Shown: in pieces, positions 1-9,926 of the stretch
Layout of the letters: every line of letters begins with the position of its first letter
Position numbering within the stretch: the first letter of the stretch is position 1
DNA from: Chloroflexota bacterium
GTDB taxonomy: Bacteria > Chloroflexota > UBA11872 > VXOZ01
Direction: 5' to 3'
Length of the DNA: 64,000 nucleotides
Assembly (NCBI GenBank): GCA_965221905.1
Contig: OZ244922.1
Location: forward strand, 672,001-736,000
Made by a program: the position numbers and the translations under genes
The notes under the pieces: generated by a model
The model's input: only the letters and a program-made list of their open reading frames with translations
Databases searched by the model: none
Told to the model about the DNA's origin: nothing

Positions 1-3000
1 CCTCGGCGTTCTCCGGTGTGATGCGCACTTCTTTGCGCCATTCGCCGCTTGCCAGCACGACGGTCATATCGACGTTTGAGCCCACCTCTGCGGTGAAGGA
101 CGCCAGGCCCTGGAGACTGACAACCGTATCTTGCGTCGAGTCGTAACCGCCCAGCGCATTGCGCTGTCCGACGAGCCACTTGGCCGCCTGGCCGGCATTT
201 GCCAAGTCGTCATGCGCCAACAGGGTAAGCAGCGCGTAGCCGGTTGTCTCGATAGCGGCGCTGCGGTACCCGTGCCCGCCGCCCCAATTGAGCGCGCCAT
301 TTGCATCCTCTTCAGCCATGGTCATGAGCTTGGCGTGGGCGTCTGCCGCCAGCGCGCTATCGGCAATTGCCAGCGCGTAAGCGACTATCGCCATGGTGTA
401 GGGATCTTCTATGGCCTCCAGCTTGCCTTCTAGGTACTGGATCGCGGGAAAGGCTCCGTAGAAGGCCCCAAAGCTGGGACCGGCTTCCATGAGGGCAATC
501 GCCACGTACGCCGTGAGGGCATCGCGCCCATGCAAGCCCCCAAGGAGACCTTGATTGTGGACGAAACCGACGCTCTCAAATGAACCGTCAGCCAATTGAT
601 GTCGCTCGATCCAAGCTGCGGTACGTTCTAGAACCACGGGGTCGATATAGATAATCTCCCGCGACTCGGCAAAGGTCTTGAGGACGAATGACGTAAGCCA
701 CAGGCTGCCCTCGGCGTCGCTGTCGCCGTAGGCGGAAAAACTGCCGTCACGCCGCTGGTACGTCATTTCCCGCTGATAGCCAACCAGCATGAGGTGTTCG
801 GCCTTGGCCATGATTTCGGGCTTCAGTTGATCGGTCTCCTTCAGGTACCGCGTGACGAACACGTTCGGTGCGAAGAGAACCATGTTCTGCTCGCCGCAGC
901 CGAAAGGCATTTGCAACAGCTTATCGAGGCCTTCGATGCTTTGCGTCATGAGGCTGCCCGTCAGCGCGATGTACGCGCGGCCGGAACCCGCGATGGCATC
1001 GGACGGCAGGTAGGGCAGGAATTCATGGTGGAATACACCGGTCAGCAGATGGTTGCCGACGATTTCAACCGGGATGCCCTCAGGTTCCACCTGCAGGTTC
1101 TTGATGACGGCGTCAGCCGCCTCTGTGCTGCGGGCGGTAATCTTGATGGGGTTACGGCCTAGTCCCGTGGGGCGAATCATGAACTCTACGCCGCCGATGT
1201 CATTGGCGTCAACCGTAACCGACTGCAGGGACTCGTCGAGCAGATCGAACCAATCGGCCTCCTCGATCTCGACGAAGAATTCCTGCGACGTTTCACGGTA
1301 ATTGAAGAGGGCAATCTTGACCGGCAGTTCCTCGCCGCGGATCGCGGAAACCGGCAAGTCAACGGTCAGGAAGAACGGCTGGAAGACGCGCAGTGTGCTG
1401 TCTCCCATACCCAAGCCGTGTTCCTTGGACATGCCTACGCCACGGAGCACCCACGTGGTGATACTGTCGGGGGCCGTAACCGGCAGGACGGCGCGGCCGT
1501 CTGCGTCCGTCTGGACGTCTTGCCAGATCCACGTCTCCGGGAAGAATTGGCGCACCCGCTGGACTTCCGCGAGGTTTTCTGAAGGGGCGGATTCGGCTTC
1601 TGCCATTTCCTCCTTCATCTCTGCCGCAGGCGCTTCTTCCATGGCTGGAGCGCTTGCGGCACCCCACGATTCGAACCAACTCCGCCGCCGCGGCGGCCGA
1701 TAAAGCCATCTGCCCTCCGGCACCTCCTTGTTCGTTAAGACGACCGCCCCGGCGGCAGCGAAGGTCTCGGAGGCGCCGCGCGTTTCAATCGTGTAGGAAA
1801 TATCTACGTCGTGGAGTTCAATTTGCGGCTGTTGGTAGAGCCGCTCAAGCTCATTGAAGATTTGCTGGAGATTGAGCCTGTTCTCGGCCAGAATGAATAC
1901 CGATCTGTCGACAGCCACGAGTCCGACCCGCGACTCTCCTTCTGTTTGGACGTTGACGTCAACCGGGTCTCCCGGCCTGACCTCCTCCGCGCTAAAGCCG
2001 ACCTGTACGTCGTGGGCATACGCCCCCTGGACGCTGAACGGCAGATAGTCGGCGGCGATCTCGTTATTCGGCAGAATCTGGTAGACGAGAATGCGGGATG
2101 ACGGCGCCATAAGTTCCGTTGCCGTGAAGGAAATGTCCGGGCTTGAAGCTACATCAGTAAATACCACGGCGCCTCTGGAAAGCACCTCGTAGTAGAAGTT
2201 GCGCGCTTCGCGCGTCGAATGGACGCGAAACTGCACCGCATCGCCAACAGCGATGTTGCCTTCAGTTACCTGCTCGACGTGGATGAAGTTGTCCGAAGGC
2301 GAGTGGCCCGACCGCAATACTAAGGACGTGTACGATCTACCCGCGCGCGCCTCAAGGCTCAAAGCGGCGGCAAATGCAGGCGCGGTGGCCTTTACGATGG
2401 CCTTGCCTCTTTCAGTCACAACTCGGATCGTCTCTGTTGATGCTTCCTGGAAGGCCTCGTTTAAGTAGGTGATGGTGATGGATACGTCGGTATCGACCGG
2501 CGTGCCGTCGGGAGTCTGGGCGATGATGAGGTATCCCATTGGCAAGCAGGGCTTGAGTATGCGGCTTTCCGGAATTACCTTGAGTGTTGCGGTTGCGGCC
2601 GCGACCGTGAGCAACTTCGATGTCTTCTGCTCATAGCCAGTGCTCTTCTCGCGGACGGTCACCTCGAGCGAGACGTTCCCTTGACCGCCGGACTGGGGAA
2701 TACCGGCCACGAATCGCACCGGCGGCAACTCGAAGGTAGTCTCGCCGTCAATAGGGCCGCTAAAGCGGGCATATTCCTCCCATCGGCCGACGTAGCGCGA
2801 TGCCACAATCTCGACCTCCCCCACCACCGGCTTGCCGAACGAGTATTCGCTAGCGACCGTACCGGTGATCGGTTCGTCGGCGAGCACCCAATCACGTTCG
2901 GTCGCAATACTGACCTCATACTTGGGCAGAACATACCGCTCGACGCGCACGTCAAGTTGGGTCTTCTGATCGCCCGCCAGCGCGGTGAGTTTCCACACGC

Positions 3001-3664
3001 CGAGGTTTGGCTCGACCGACAAGGGCATGTCAACAGTCACCATGCCATAGTCGTCGGTATCGACCTCTTTTCTAAAGACCTTGATGCCTTTGGCATCTTG
3101 CACTTCGATGGTCGCGGCAGAGGGCCAGGGCTTGAGTGCGGCGTCCAGAGTCATGAGACGTATGTGTACCGTCTGGCCGGGTTGGTAGATGGGCTTGTCG
3201 GTTTCAACGAAGAGGAGCAGACCGTCTACGACATCCACAAACGCTCTGCGCACTTCCGGCACATTGTCTACTCGCACTTCCACCTCGTACCGAGAGCGCT
3301 CAAGGCGCGGCACTGGGAGCATGACATTAGCCGTCCCCACCACTGTGGCGGTGATAGCTTGGACCGCAGTGCCACCGTCGAAGAGGGATACCCGCACGTT
3401 ACCGGAGGCGGGCCGGTCGCCGTTGAAGAGTGATATCGAAATCTGCTCGGTGTAGCCCCGGCGCAGCCTTTGCGGCACGACTGCGACGTAGCTGTCCGGC
3501 TTGAGGTTAAGGTCTACCACCCCGGCTTGCGGCAATATGCCGGTTGACGCGGTCTCCTGCGGGCACTTCTTATCAAGATATTTGATTACTTCCGGACCCT
3601 CGCCGCAGCTTGCTAGCGCCAGCATGAGGATTGCCATTAGGACGAAGGTCGTGAGCTTCCGCAT
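1..3664 (-). CDS. Alpha-2-macroglobulin/thioester-containing lipoprotein (3' end runs off the window)
   Basis: Not in the ORF track because it is open at the left edge. Hand translation from ATG 3664 (GGGAG upstream) gives MRKLTTFVLMAILMLALAS-C (lipobox). The same frame contains RQFFPETWIW (~1525-1553), the thioester LLQMPFGCGEQNM (~881-919) and ALTAYVAIALME. Confidence 0.93.
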   Translation of the reverse strand, partial: MRKLTTFVLMAILMLALASCGEGPEVIKYLDKKCPQETASTGILPQAGVVDLNLKPDSYVAVVPQRLRRGYTEQISISLFNGDRPASGNVRVSLFDGGTAVQAITATVVGTANVMLPVPRLERSRYEVEVRVDNVPEVRRAFVDVVDGLLLFVETDKPIYQPGQTVHIRLMTLDAALKPWPSAATIEVQDAKGIKVFRKEVDTDDYGMVTVDMPLSVEPNLGVWKLTALAGDQKTQLDVRVERYVLPKYEVSIATERDWVLADEPITGTVASEYSFGKPVVGEVEIVASRYVGRWEEYARFSGPIDGETTFELPPVRFVAGIPQSGGQGNVSLEVTVREKSTGYEQKTSKLLTVAAATATLKVIPESRILKPCLPMGYLIIAQTPDGTPVDTDVSITITYLNEAFQEASTETIRVVTERGKAIVKATAPAFAAALSLEARAGRSYTSLVLRSGHSPSDNFIHVEQVTEGNIAVGDAVQFRVHSTREARNFYYEVLSRGAVVFTDVASSPDISFTATELMAPSSRILVYQILPNNEIAADYLPFSVQGAYAHDVQVGFSAEEVRPGDPVDVNVQTEGESRVGLVAVDRSVFILAENRLNLQQIFNELERLYQQPQIELHDVDISYTIETRGASETFAAAGAVVLTNKEVPEGRWLYRPPRRRSWFESWGAASAPAMEEAPAAEMKEEMAEAESAPSENLAEVQRVRQFFPETWIWQDVQTDADGRAVLPVTAPDSITTWVLRGVGMSKEHGLGMGDSTLRVFQPFFLTVDLPVSAIRGEELPVKIALFNYRETSQEFFVEIEEADWFDLLDESLQSVTVDANDIGGVEFMIRPTGLGRNPIKITARSTEAADAVIKNLQVEPEGIPVEIVGNHLLTGVFHHEFLPYLPSDAIAGSGRAYIALTGSLMTQSIEGLDKLLQMPFGCGEQNMVLFAPNVFVTRYLKETDQLKPEIMAKAEHLMLVGYQREMTYQRRDGSFSAYGDSDAEGSLWLTSFVLKTFAESREIIYIDPVVLERTAAWIERHQLADGSFESVGFVHNQGLLGGLHGRDALTAYVAIALMEAGPSFGAFYGAFPAIQYLEGKLEAIEDPYTMAIVAYALAIADSALAADAHAKLMTMAEEDANGALNWGGGHGYRSAAIETTGYALLTLLAHDDLANAGQAAKWLVGQRNALGGYDSTQDTVVSLQGLASFTAEVGSNVDMTVVLASGEWRKEVRITPENAE

Positions 3665-3988
3665 CGCACATCTACTCCCGAAACTCGGTGTGTATCCCAC
3701 TGCCTACGGTTAGGCTGGTTTCTAGCGCCGGAGGAATGCGTTGTGAGGCGCATTGACTGGATGAAACTTCGAATGGGTTTGCCAATTGTCCCAATGGTAG
3801 CTACAACAGGACCCGTGCACAAGCTTTGCGTTGGCCGCTAGACTCTGCAACGCAAGTAATCTGTGGGAAGACTCATGTCCTTGCCTGAGTGGTCCGTGGC
3901 CGAGGCGGCCTCATCCCGTCACTCCTCCACGTCCGCTCAAGACGTTAGGGTCGCTCACAACCGGCGCCCAGGGCAGCGAAATGAGGCG

Positions 3989-5605
3989 CTACCGATCCAA
4001 GAGCCGTTGGGCGATTTCCTTCGCCTCGTCGAGGCTCTTGACGAAGTGCGCGGTGGGCACCCGGTGCAGCACGTTGAGCGCCCGCAGAGTCGCGGCGGGC
4101 GGGCCGGTGAGGCCCATGATGATGCACTCGGTTTCCTCAGCGATAGCGCTATCGATCATTTGCTCGACCACCAGTGCGGCGCTGTCGTCTACGTAGACCG
4201 TATCGGAGAAGTCGAGAATCACGATCTCGTGGTCCCGGATGTCCACGCTGATGGTGTTGATCAGCTTGTTCGAGGAGGCGACGGAGAAGCTGCCTCTCAG
4301 CGCCACCAGGCCCACGCGCGCGGAGAATTCATCTGTCTCTTCCGCGCTTTCGTCACTCTCCAGGAAACTCTGGTCCAGCAGCGGCACCGAGACCACTCTA
4401 TCGAGTTCCAGGCGCTCGAACTGGCGTGCGCCGGCCATGCCGGCGGCAATCAGGCCGATGGCGACGGCGGTAACCAGGTCTACGAAGACGGTGAGCGCCA
4501 GGGTGATCAGCATGACGAGCAGGTGTTCGCGCTGCACGCGGTGAATCCGCAAGATGAATCGCCAATCGATGATGTCCCAGCCGACCTTCATCAGGATGCC
4601 GGCGAGCACCGCGTGGGGAATCGCCTCAACGTACTTGCCGAGACCCAACACGAGCGCCAGCAGGATTGCCGCCCGCAAGGCTCCCGATACTTGCGTCTGT
4701 CCGCCGGCGCGGATGTTCACCACCGTCCCCAGGGTGGCTCCGGCGCCCGGCAGGCCGCCGATAAATCCGGCTACTACGTTGCCGATCCCCTGGCCTACCA
4801 ACTCGCGGTTTGGGTTGTGACGAGTGCGGGTCATGGCATCGGCGATGAGGGAGGTAAGCAGGCTGTCGATGGAGCCGAGCAGCGCGAGGATCAATGCGGG
4901 TTCTATGGCTCTTACCAATAAGGAGAGAGAAAGCACGGGCAGCTCTATTTGCGGCAAACCGGTAGGTACCTCGCCAATCACCGGCGTGTTCGTCAACCAC
5001 AGTACGCCGAGCAGCGTACCGGCAACGAGGGCCGCCAATGTGGGAGGAAAATATCTCCGCAATTGCTGGGGCCACAACACGCCTACCGCGAGAGTCACTG
5101 CGGCAATGGCGAGCGCACTGAAGTTGGCGTTATTAATCGCGTTCGGCAAGGCCCGAACTACCCCAACCGGCCCGCCCGTGGCGCCGGTCGCGCCCAGGAA
5201 CGGCAGAGTCTGCAAGAGCATGATGATAATGCCGATGCCGGACATGAACCCGGAAATCACCGAATACGGCGTGAAGGCGACGAAGCGGCCGATGCGCATC
5301 ACGCCCAGCAGGATTTGTATGATGCCGGCCATGATAACGATGGTGAAGGCTTCGGCGAGGGTGTCGGCGTGGGTGGTGACGATAACCGCCATGGCCACGG
5401 CCATGGGGCCCGTGGGACCCGAGATTTGAGACCTCGTTCCGCCGAAAACCGTCGCGAAGAAGCCGACAGCAATTGCCCCGTAAATGCCGGCAAGCGCTCC
5501 CAGACCGGACGCCACACCGAAGGCCAACGCTACCGGCAGGCCCACCACGGCAGCGGTAATGCCGCCGAACAGGTCGCCCCGAAGTGTTTGAAGGTTGTAG
5601 GTCAC
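3989..5605 (-). CDS. SulP/SLC26 anion transporter with STAS domain (BicA-like)
   Basis: GDLFGGITAAVVGLPVALAFG, GGTRSQISGPTGPM, NRELVGQG, C-terminal STAS (ILDFSDTVYVDDSA). GTG 5605 is the likely start within ORF 3989..5683. Confidence 0.92.
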   Translation of the reverse strand: MTYNLQTLRGDLFGGITAAVVGLPVALAFGVASGLGALAGIYGAIAVGFFATVFGGTRSQISGPTGPMAVAMAVIVTTHADTLAEAFTIVIMAGIIQILLGVMRIGRFVAFTPYSVISGFMSGIGIIIMLLQTLPFLGATGATGGPVGVVRALPNAINNANFSALAIAAVTLAVGVLWPQQLRRYFPPTLAALVAGTLLGVLWLTNTPVIGEVPTGLPQIELPVLSLSLLVRAIEPALILALLGSIDSLLTSLIADAMTRTRHNPNRELVGQGIGNVVAGFIGGLPGAGATLGTVVNIRAGGQTQVSGALRAAILLALVLGLGKYVEAIPHAVLAGILMKVGWDIIDWRFILRIHRVQREHLLVMLITLALTVFVDLVTAVAIGLIAAGMAGARQFERLELDRVVSVPLLDQSFLESDESAEETDEFSARVGLVALRGSFSVASSNKLINTISVDIRDHEIVILDFSDTVYVDDSAALVVEQMIDSAIAEETECIIMGLTGPPAATLRALNVLHRVPTAHFVKSLDEAKEIAQRLLDR

Positions 5606-6068
5606 TATGGCTCTTCCAAGAGAATTGAGCGGAGTGTGCTTACTGCAAATCCTTGGTAACCGGTCTGGCCGCAAGTCACCCAATGGGAAGGCGCGGCTGC
5701 TCGGATGTCTGCCGGGAGGTAGCAGTACCGCACGCTGCTGGGCCTTGCTGGCGGGCTCTCACGACTCTGCCGACGGCAGCTTCTCCAAGCGTTGGAAAAC
5801 GAATATTCAAAGGTCACTAAATATTCCACAGCGAGTAAAATGCTACCACAACAGAATTGGCACGTCCGGGCTAGTCCACCGACACGAGTCGCTCAGAATA
5901 AGACCCGTTTAGTGGGGCCGGCAAGAGGATTTCCCCATAGATCGACGGAACAAAGTGCAGGGTGGGTTAGCATCGTTCCGCGCTTGAGATTCGAGCGCCT
6001 CGTGCGCGCAGAGAAGCAAGAATTTAGCAGACTGGCGGCACCACGAGCGCGAGAAGAGAAAGACCGCG

Positions 6069-7094
6069 TCAGGCTTCGTGTTCCAAGTGCCGCAGTTGCT
6101 CGTCGTGCCCCACCAGCACAACCCTATCGCCCGATTCCATGATCGTTTGCTCATCCGGTGTGAGCAGCAACCTGCCGCCTAGCTTGCTTACCGCGAGCAC
6201 TCGCACTTGATGCCCTGTTTCTAGTCCGGCAATGGTTGCTCCCACGAGCATCGAACCGGGCGCGACGGCAATCTCGGCGATCCGAGGGCTGACGCGGGCG
6301 TGATCCACGACACTATCGAAGTAGTCTGCCGCGAGCGGCTTGACGGCAGAGAGCGCCATGCGCCGCCCACCGATGCGGTACGGCGTGACGACCCGATCTG
6401 CGCCCGCCAACCTGAGCTTATCTCTGGTTTCAACGGCATCAGCGCGCGCGACTATGGTGAGATTGGGGTTGATAGCGTTGGCGGTAAGGGTTATGAGGAC
6501 GTTGTCGCTGTCGCTGCCGGTGGCGGCGATGAGGCCCCGGGCACGTTCGATCCCCGCTTCGAGGAGGGTCGCATTGTGGGTGGCATCTTTGCAGATGGCC
6601 AGGAGACCGTCCTCCTCCGCAGCGGCTATGGCGGCATCAGTGCTGTCAACGACGACTACGTCCACGTCTTCACCTTGAATCGCGGCGGCGGCTTCACGGC
6701 CCACTCTGCCGAAACCACAGAGTATGAAATGCGCTTCCACCGCATCGATCTTCTTTTTCATTCGTCGCCTCCGCATGAATACTCTGAGTACCTCGTCCTC
6801 TACCACGGTCTGCACGGTCACGGTGAGAATGTAGAGCATCAGCCCGACACCGCCCAACATGATGAAGAGGTTGAAAACGCGACCGAGCGGTGAAAGGGGC
6901 TGCACCTCTTCATACCCTACCGTCGTCATGGTGAGCACCGTCATGTAGACGGCGTCGAAAAGGCTCCAGCCTTCGATCACCACGTAGCCCGTGGAGCCCA
7001 CCAGAAAGATGATAGCAAGCGCCAGCCCGCCGCGCGTGAGACGGCTCGCGGCAATTGCCGCTAGGATATCGTGTAGATGGTGTCTGATAGCCAC
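6069..7094 (-). CDS. Two-TM potassium channel with RCK (TrkA-N/TrkA-C) domains
   Basis: Pore helix/filter YMTVLTMTTVGYEE, Rossmann CGFGRVG, C-terminal TrkA-C (GDRVVLVG). Confidence 0.9.
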   Translation of the reverse strand: MAIRHHLHDILAAIAASRLTRGGLALAIIFLVGSTGYVVIEGWSLFDAVYMTVLTMTTVGYEEVQPLSPLGRVFNLFIMLGGVGLMLYILTVTVQTVVEDEVLRVFMRRRRMKKKIDAVEAHFILCGFGRVGREAAAAIQGEDVDVVVVDSTDAAIAAAEEDGLLAICKDATHNATLLEAGIERARGLIAATGSDSDNVLITLTANAINPNLTIVARADAVETRDKLRLAGADRVVTPYRIGGRRMALSAVKPLAADYFDSVVDHARVSPRIAEIAVAPGSMLVGATIAGLETGHQVRVLAVSKLGGRLLLTPDEQTIMESGDRVVLVGHDEQLRHLEHEA

Positions 7095-7466
7095 GTTTAA
7101 TCTCTGGGGGCCTTAGCTGAGATTGGGAAACTGACGGTACAGAAAGGTGAGCCCTGCGCTTGGCTCTCAGCCGGAGATATTGGATCGAGTACTGCCTCCG
7201 CCCTTGCCGCGCACAATCGGCTCAAGCGAGCGGTGTTTCTAATTTACTCCAGCAATTCTAGCACACGCATGTGCGAGTGAATTTTCTCCAGATTGGGTGG
7301 CTCAAAGGAGCTAAACTCACTTGAAATCGAGCTAACTTGGAGAGAGTTCATTCGCGTGGTATGTTTCTGATAGTGGACTTTGACACGCGAATCTAAGCAG
7401 CCTGCCTGGTTTCCATGGGGTAGCGCGTAGCGGTTTACTATCGACAGGTTGGAGTTAGAACCAGCA

Positions 7467-7784
7467 ATGATGCTCAAACAAGAAGTCTTGGAAGACATTA
7501 TCAACAGAATTGTCGAGACTGTCCGACCAGAGAAGATAATTCTATTCGGCTCGGCCGCTCGCGGCGAGATGGGACCGAACAGCGACGTCGACTTGCTCAT
7601 AATCCGAAAGGGTGGACACTCGCGCAAATTGGTGGGGCAGATTTACCGCAACTTGCATGGCGTCGGTGCGGCAGTGGACGCCGTTATGGTCTCTCCCACG
7701 GACGTGGAGCGCTATAAAGACAGCCACGCGCTGATTATCAAACCGGCACTGGCGGAGGGAAGAGTCGTGTATGATGCCTCCTGA
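7467..7784 (+). CDS. Minimal nucleotidyltransferase (MNT) antitoxin
   Basis: IILFGSAARGEMGPNSDVDLL (GS-x10-DxD), about 105 aa, overlaps the downstream HEPN gene. Confidence 0.88.
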   Translation: MMLKQEVLEDIINRIVETVRPEKIILFGSAARGEMGPNSDVDLLIIRKGGHSRKLVGQIYRNLHGVGAAVDAVMVSPTDVERYKDSHALIIKPALAEGRVVYDAS

Positions 7785-8163
7785 ACGCTTCCCACCGGAT
7801 GACCCCAGGGAATGGCTGAACCGCGCCAAGAGCAATCTGGCAATGGCAATCAACCGAACCCCCGATGTCTATTTGGAGGACCTGTGCTTTGAGGCCCAAC
7901 AGGCGGCGGAGAAGGCTATTAAGGCCGTAATGATGATGCGCGGCATCGACTTCCCCTATGTGCATGACTTGGCTCGGCTGCTGTCTTTGCTCGAGGAAAC
8001 AGGGGAATCACTGCCGGAGATCGTTACACAGGCTGAGGAACTGACTCAATACGCTACGGCGACGCGCTATCCAACCCTCGAACAACCGGTTACCGAACGG
8101 GACTACAATGAAGCAATAAGGGTCGCCGAGGCCGTTGTTCGCTGGGCCGAGGGACTCGAATGA
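7771..8163 (+). CDS. HEPN domain protein (partner of MNT)
   Basis: CFEAQQAAEKAIKA...HDL...RYP signature, 130 aa, overlapping the MNT gene. Confidence 0.88.
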   Translation: MMPPERFPPDDPREWLNRAKSNLAMAINRTPDVYLEDLCFEAQQAAEKAIKAVMMMRGIDFPYVHDLARLLSLLEETGESLPEIVTQAEELTQYATATRYPTLEQPVTERDYNEAIRVAEAVVRWAEGLE

Positions 8164-8293
8164 CAAACTCTACAGTCTCCCCTCGGCGACTAGACTCTTG
8201 ACTGGGAATCTCGTGTGAAAACCCATATGCCGTGCAATTTGGTGATTGAGATGTGCTCTCCTTAGAGCATTGCAAATTCGTTTCCATCTTACG

Positions 8294-9616
8294 TCAGCAT
8301 TTTTCTTGGCCCAAGACCTTCATAAGCTCCCGCAACAACTGGTTGAACTGTCTCTTCAGCTCCTCCAAGTCTCGTCCCCTATGGTCCCAGCGAACATTCG
8401 CCGTGTTTATTGAGAAAGTCCACTGAGAGTCTTGGGCGTCGGCGCTACTCACAATTCGCATGACCGCTCCCTCATTCTGATTGCCCTGGAATCTCGAAAA
8501 ATAGACTAGTAACTCTGCGGAAATAGAGTGCAACTCATCTAGTTTGGTTTCGAAATCTAAGAGAGGCTGTAAGTTTTCTGAGCTGCTGCATACTTGAACT
8601 ATCTTATTCTCTCTGGTGTTTGCGTTGACACTTATCATCGTATTCACTTCACCAAAGACATCCAATAGACGATCGTTCTTGTCCATACAGTACTTGAAGA
8701 ACGGATGCAAGACGGACTCGACATACTCCTTTGCAAGAAATTCCCGATCCCTCGTGCTCATAAGAGATTGCTTGAAGAGTGCGATCTCTTTGTCGATGTC
8801 ATTGATGTCGTCGGTCAGTTCGCCACGGGCGGCCTTTAGATGAAGTTTGAGGGCATACTCACAACACTGCGCAATGTAGTTTATGAACTCAGTTAGGTCC
8901 TCAGTCTTGTCAGCCCCCTCGAGTCTGTTCAGGTACTCGTTTCGGTCGTCTTGCCGGATCAATGCCACTGTGAATCCGTGCTTGATGAGGATCATGTTCA
9001 TCAATAGGCGGGCCATGCGCCCGTTGCCATCATCGAAAGGGTGGATACGCACGAAGCTGTAGTGGAAGGTGGCGGCGATGATTATCGGGTGTTCGCCTTC
9101 ACGCTCCTTGGTTCTATACCAGGCAAGGAGGTCGGACATCGCTGGCTTTACTTGCTCAGGGGGTGTGAAGTAGTAGATCTCTCCGGTCGATGTCACGACG
9201 TTATTGGGTGTGGACTTATAGTCACCAAGTGATATCCTGCGCCTCACTCGTTTTCCGTCCGGGGTCATAGCCTCGGTTTCATAAGGTTCCTTCAGCAACA
9301 CGCTGTGGAGATTGCGGATGAAGACCCCGTTCAGCTCTAGGTCGTCTCTCACCGCAGCCTCAATCGCCTTTACCGCGTTGTCATGTCCTTCTATGTCTAA
9401 GTGGTCCCGCAATGGCTTCCCGTGAGCGGTAAGTCCGTGCAGGATGAGGCTACGGGTCTCTCCGAGCGTCAGTGAGTTGCCTTCGATGGCGTTGGAGTTA
9501 AAGTTCGCCTCGAGCCGCAGCTTCTGTTCAACCTGAGCAAGGACAGTTGGCGGCAGCGGACGCAGACTGTCCAGCTCTTCCTTCAGCTTCGTGATAGTCT
9601 CAAGGATGTTGGCCAT
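8294..9616 (-). CDS. Fic family protein (AMPylase) with N-terminal auto-inhibitory motif
   Basis: Canonical HPFDDGNGRMAR motif; SNAIEGN matches (S/T)xxxE(G/N). Likely start MANILE at 9616. Confidence 0.9.
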   Translation of the reverse strand: MANILETITKLKEELDSLRPLPPTVLAQVEQKLRLEANFNSNAIEGNSLTLGETRSLILHGLTAHGKPLRDHLDIEGHDNAVKAIEAAVRDDLELNGVFIRNLHSVLLKEPYETEAMTPDGKRVRRRISLGDYKSTPNNVVTSTGEIYYFTPPEQVKPAMSDLLAWYRTKEREGEHPIIIAATFHYSFVRIHPFDDGNGRMARLLMNMILIKHGFTVALIRQDDRNEYLNRLEGADKTEDLTEFINYIAQCCEYALKLHLKAARGELTDDINDIDKEIALFKQSLMSTRDREFLAKEYVESVLHPFFKYCMDKNDRLLDVFGEVNTMISVNANTRENKIVQVCSSSENLQPLLDFETKLDELHSISAELLVYFSRFQGNQNEGAVMRIVSSADAQDSQWTFSINTANVRWDHRGRDLEELKRQFNQLLRELMKVLGQEKC

Positions 9617-9926
9617 TTGACGTTCGATTCCCTCTTCCAAGGGTCGCGCCTGAAACTCGTGATTGCGAGCTTCTTGGAGCAGGTGTGACAACGGACTTTC
9701 AAGAAACTCTCAGTGCCTCCCAAGCCCTTGGATTCCATATCATTATAAGGCTTGATGAAGATGGTTCGCCCATTGAGACAAAGTACGGCGGCTGCCAGGG
9801 GCGGGGAGAGTTTGGGTTAAACCCTGTTGTGTTTCGCCGAATCAAGGGGCCAATTGAAGCCTTATTGACCCTAAGGATGGGTGATTAAGTACTACAATCT
9901 CTTCTTCTAACTTGCCCGTGCCAAAA

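Noticed and set aside
64-3455. Many short ORFs in the track (e.g. 2681..3433 +)
   Set aside because: They are shadow frames of the A2M gene, which the track missed because it is open at the window edge.
9600-9640. tRNA T-loop-like GTTCGATTCCC
   Set aside because: No cloverleaf, and it overlaps the Fic start region; no tRNA or rRNA was recognised anywhere in the window.
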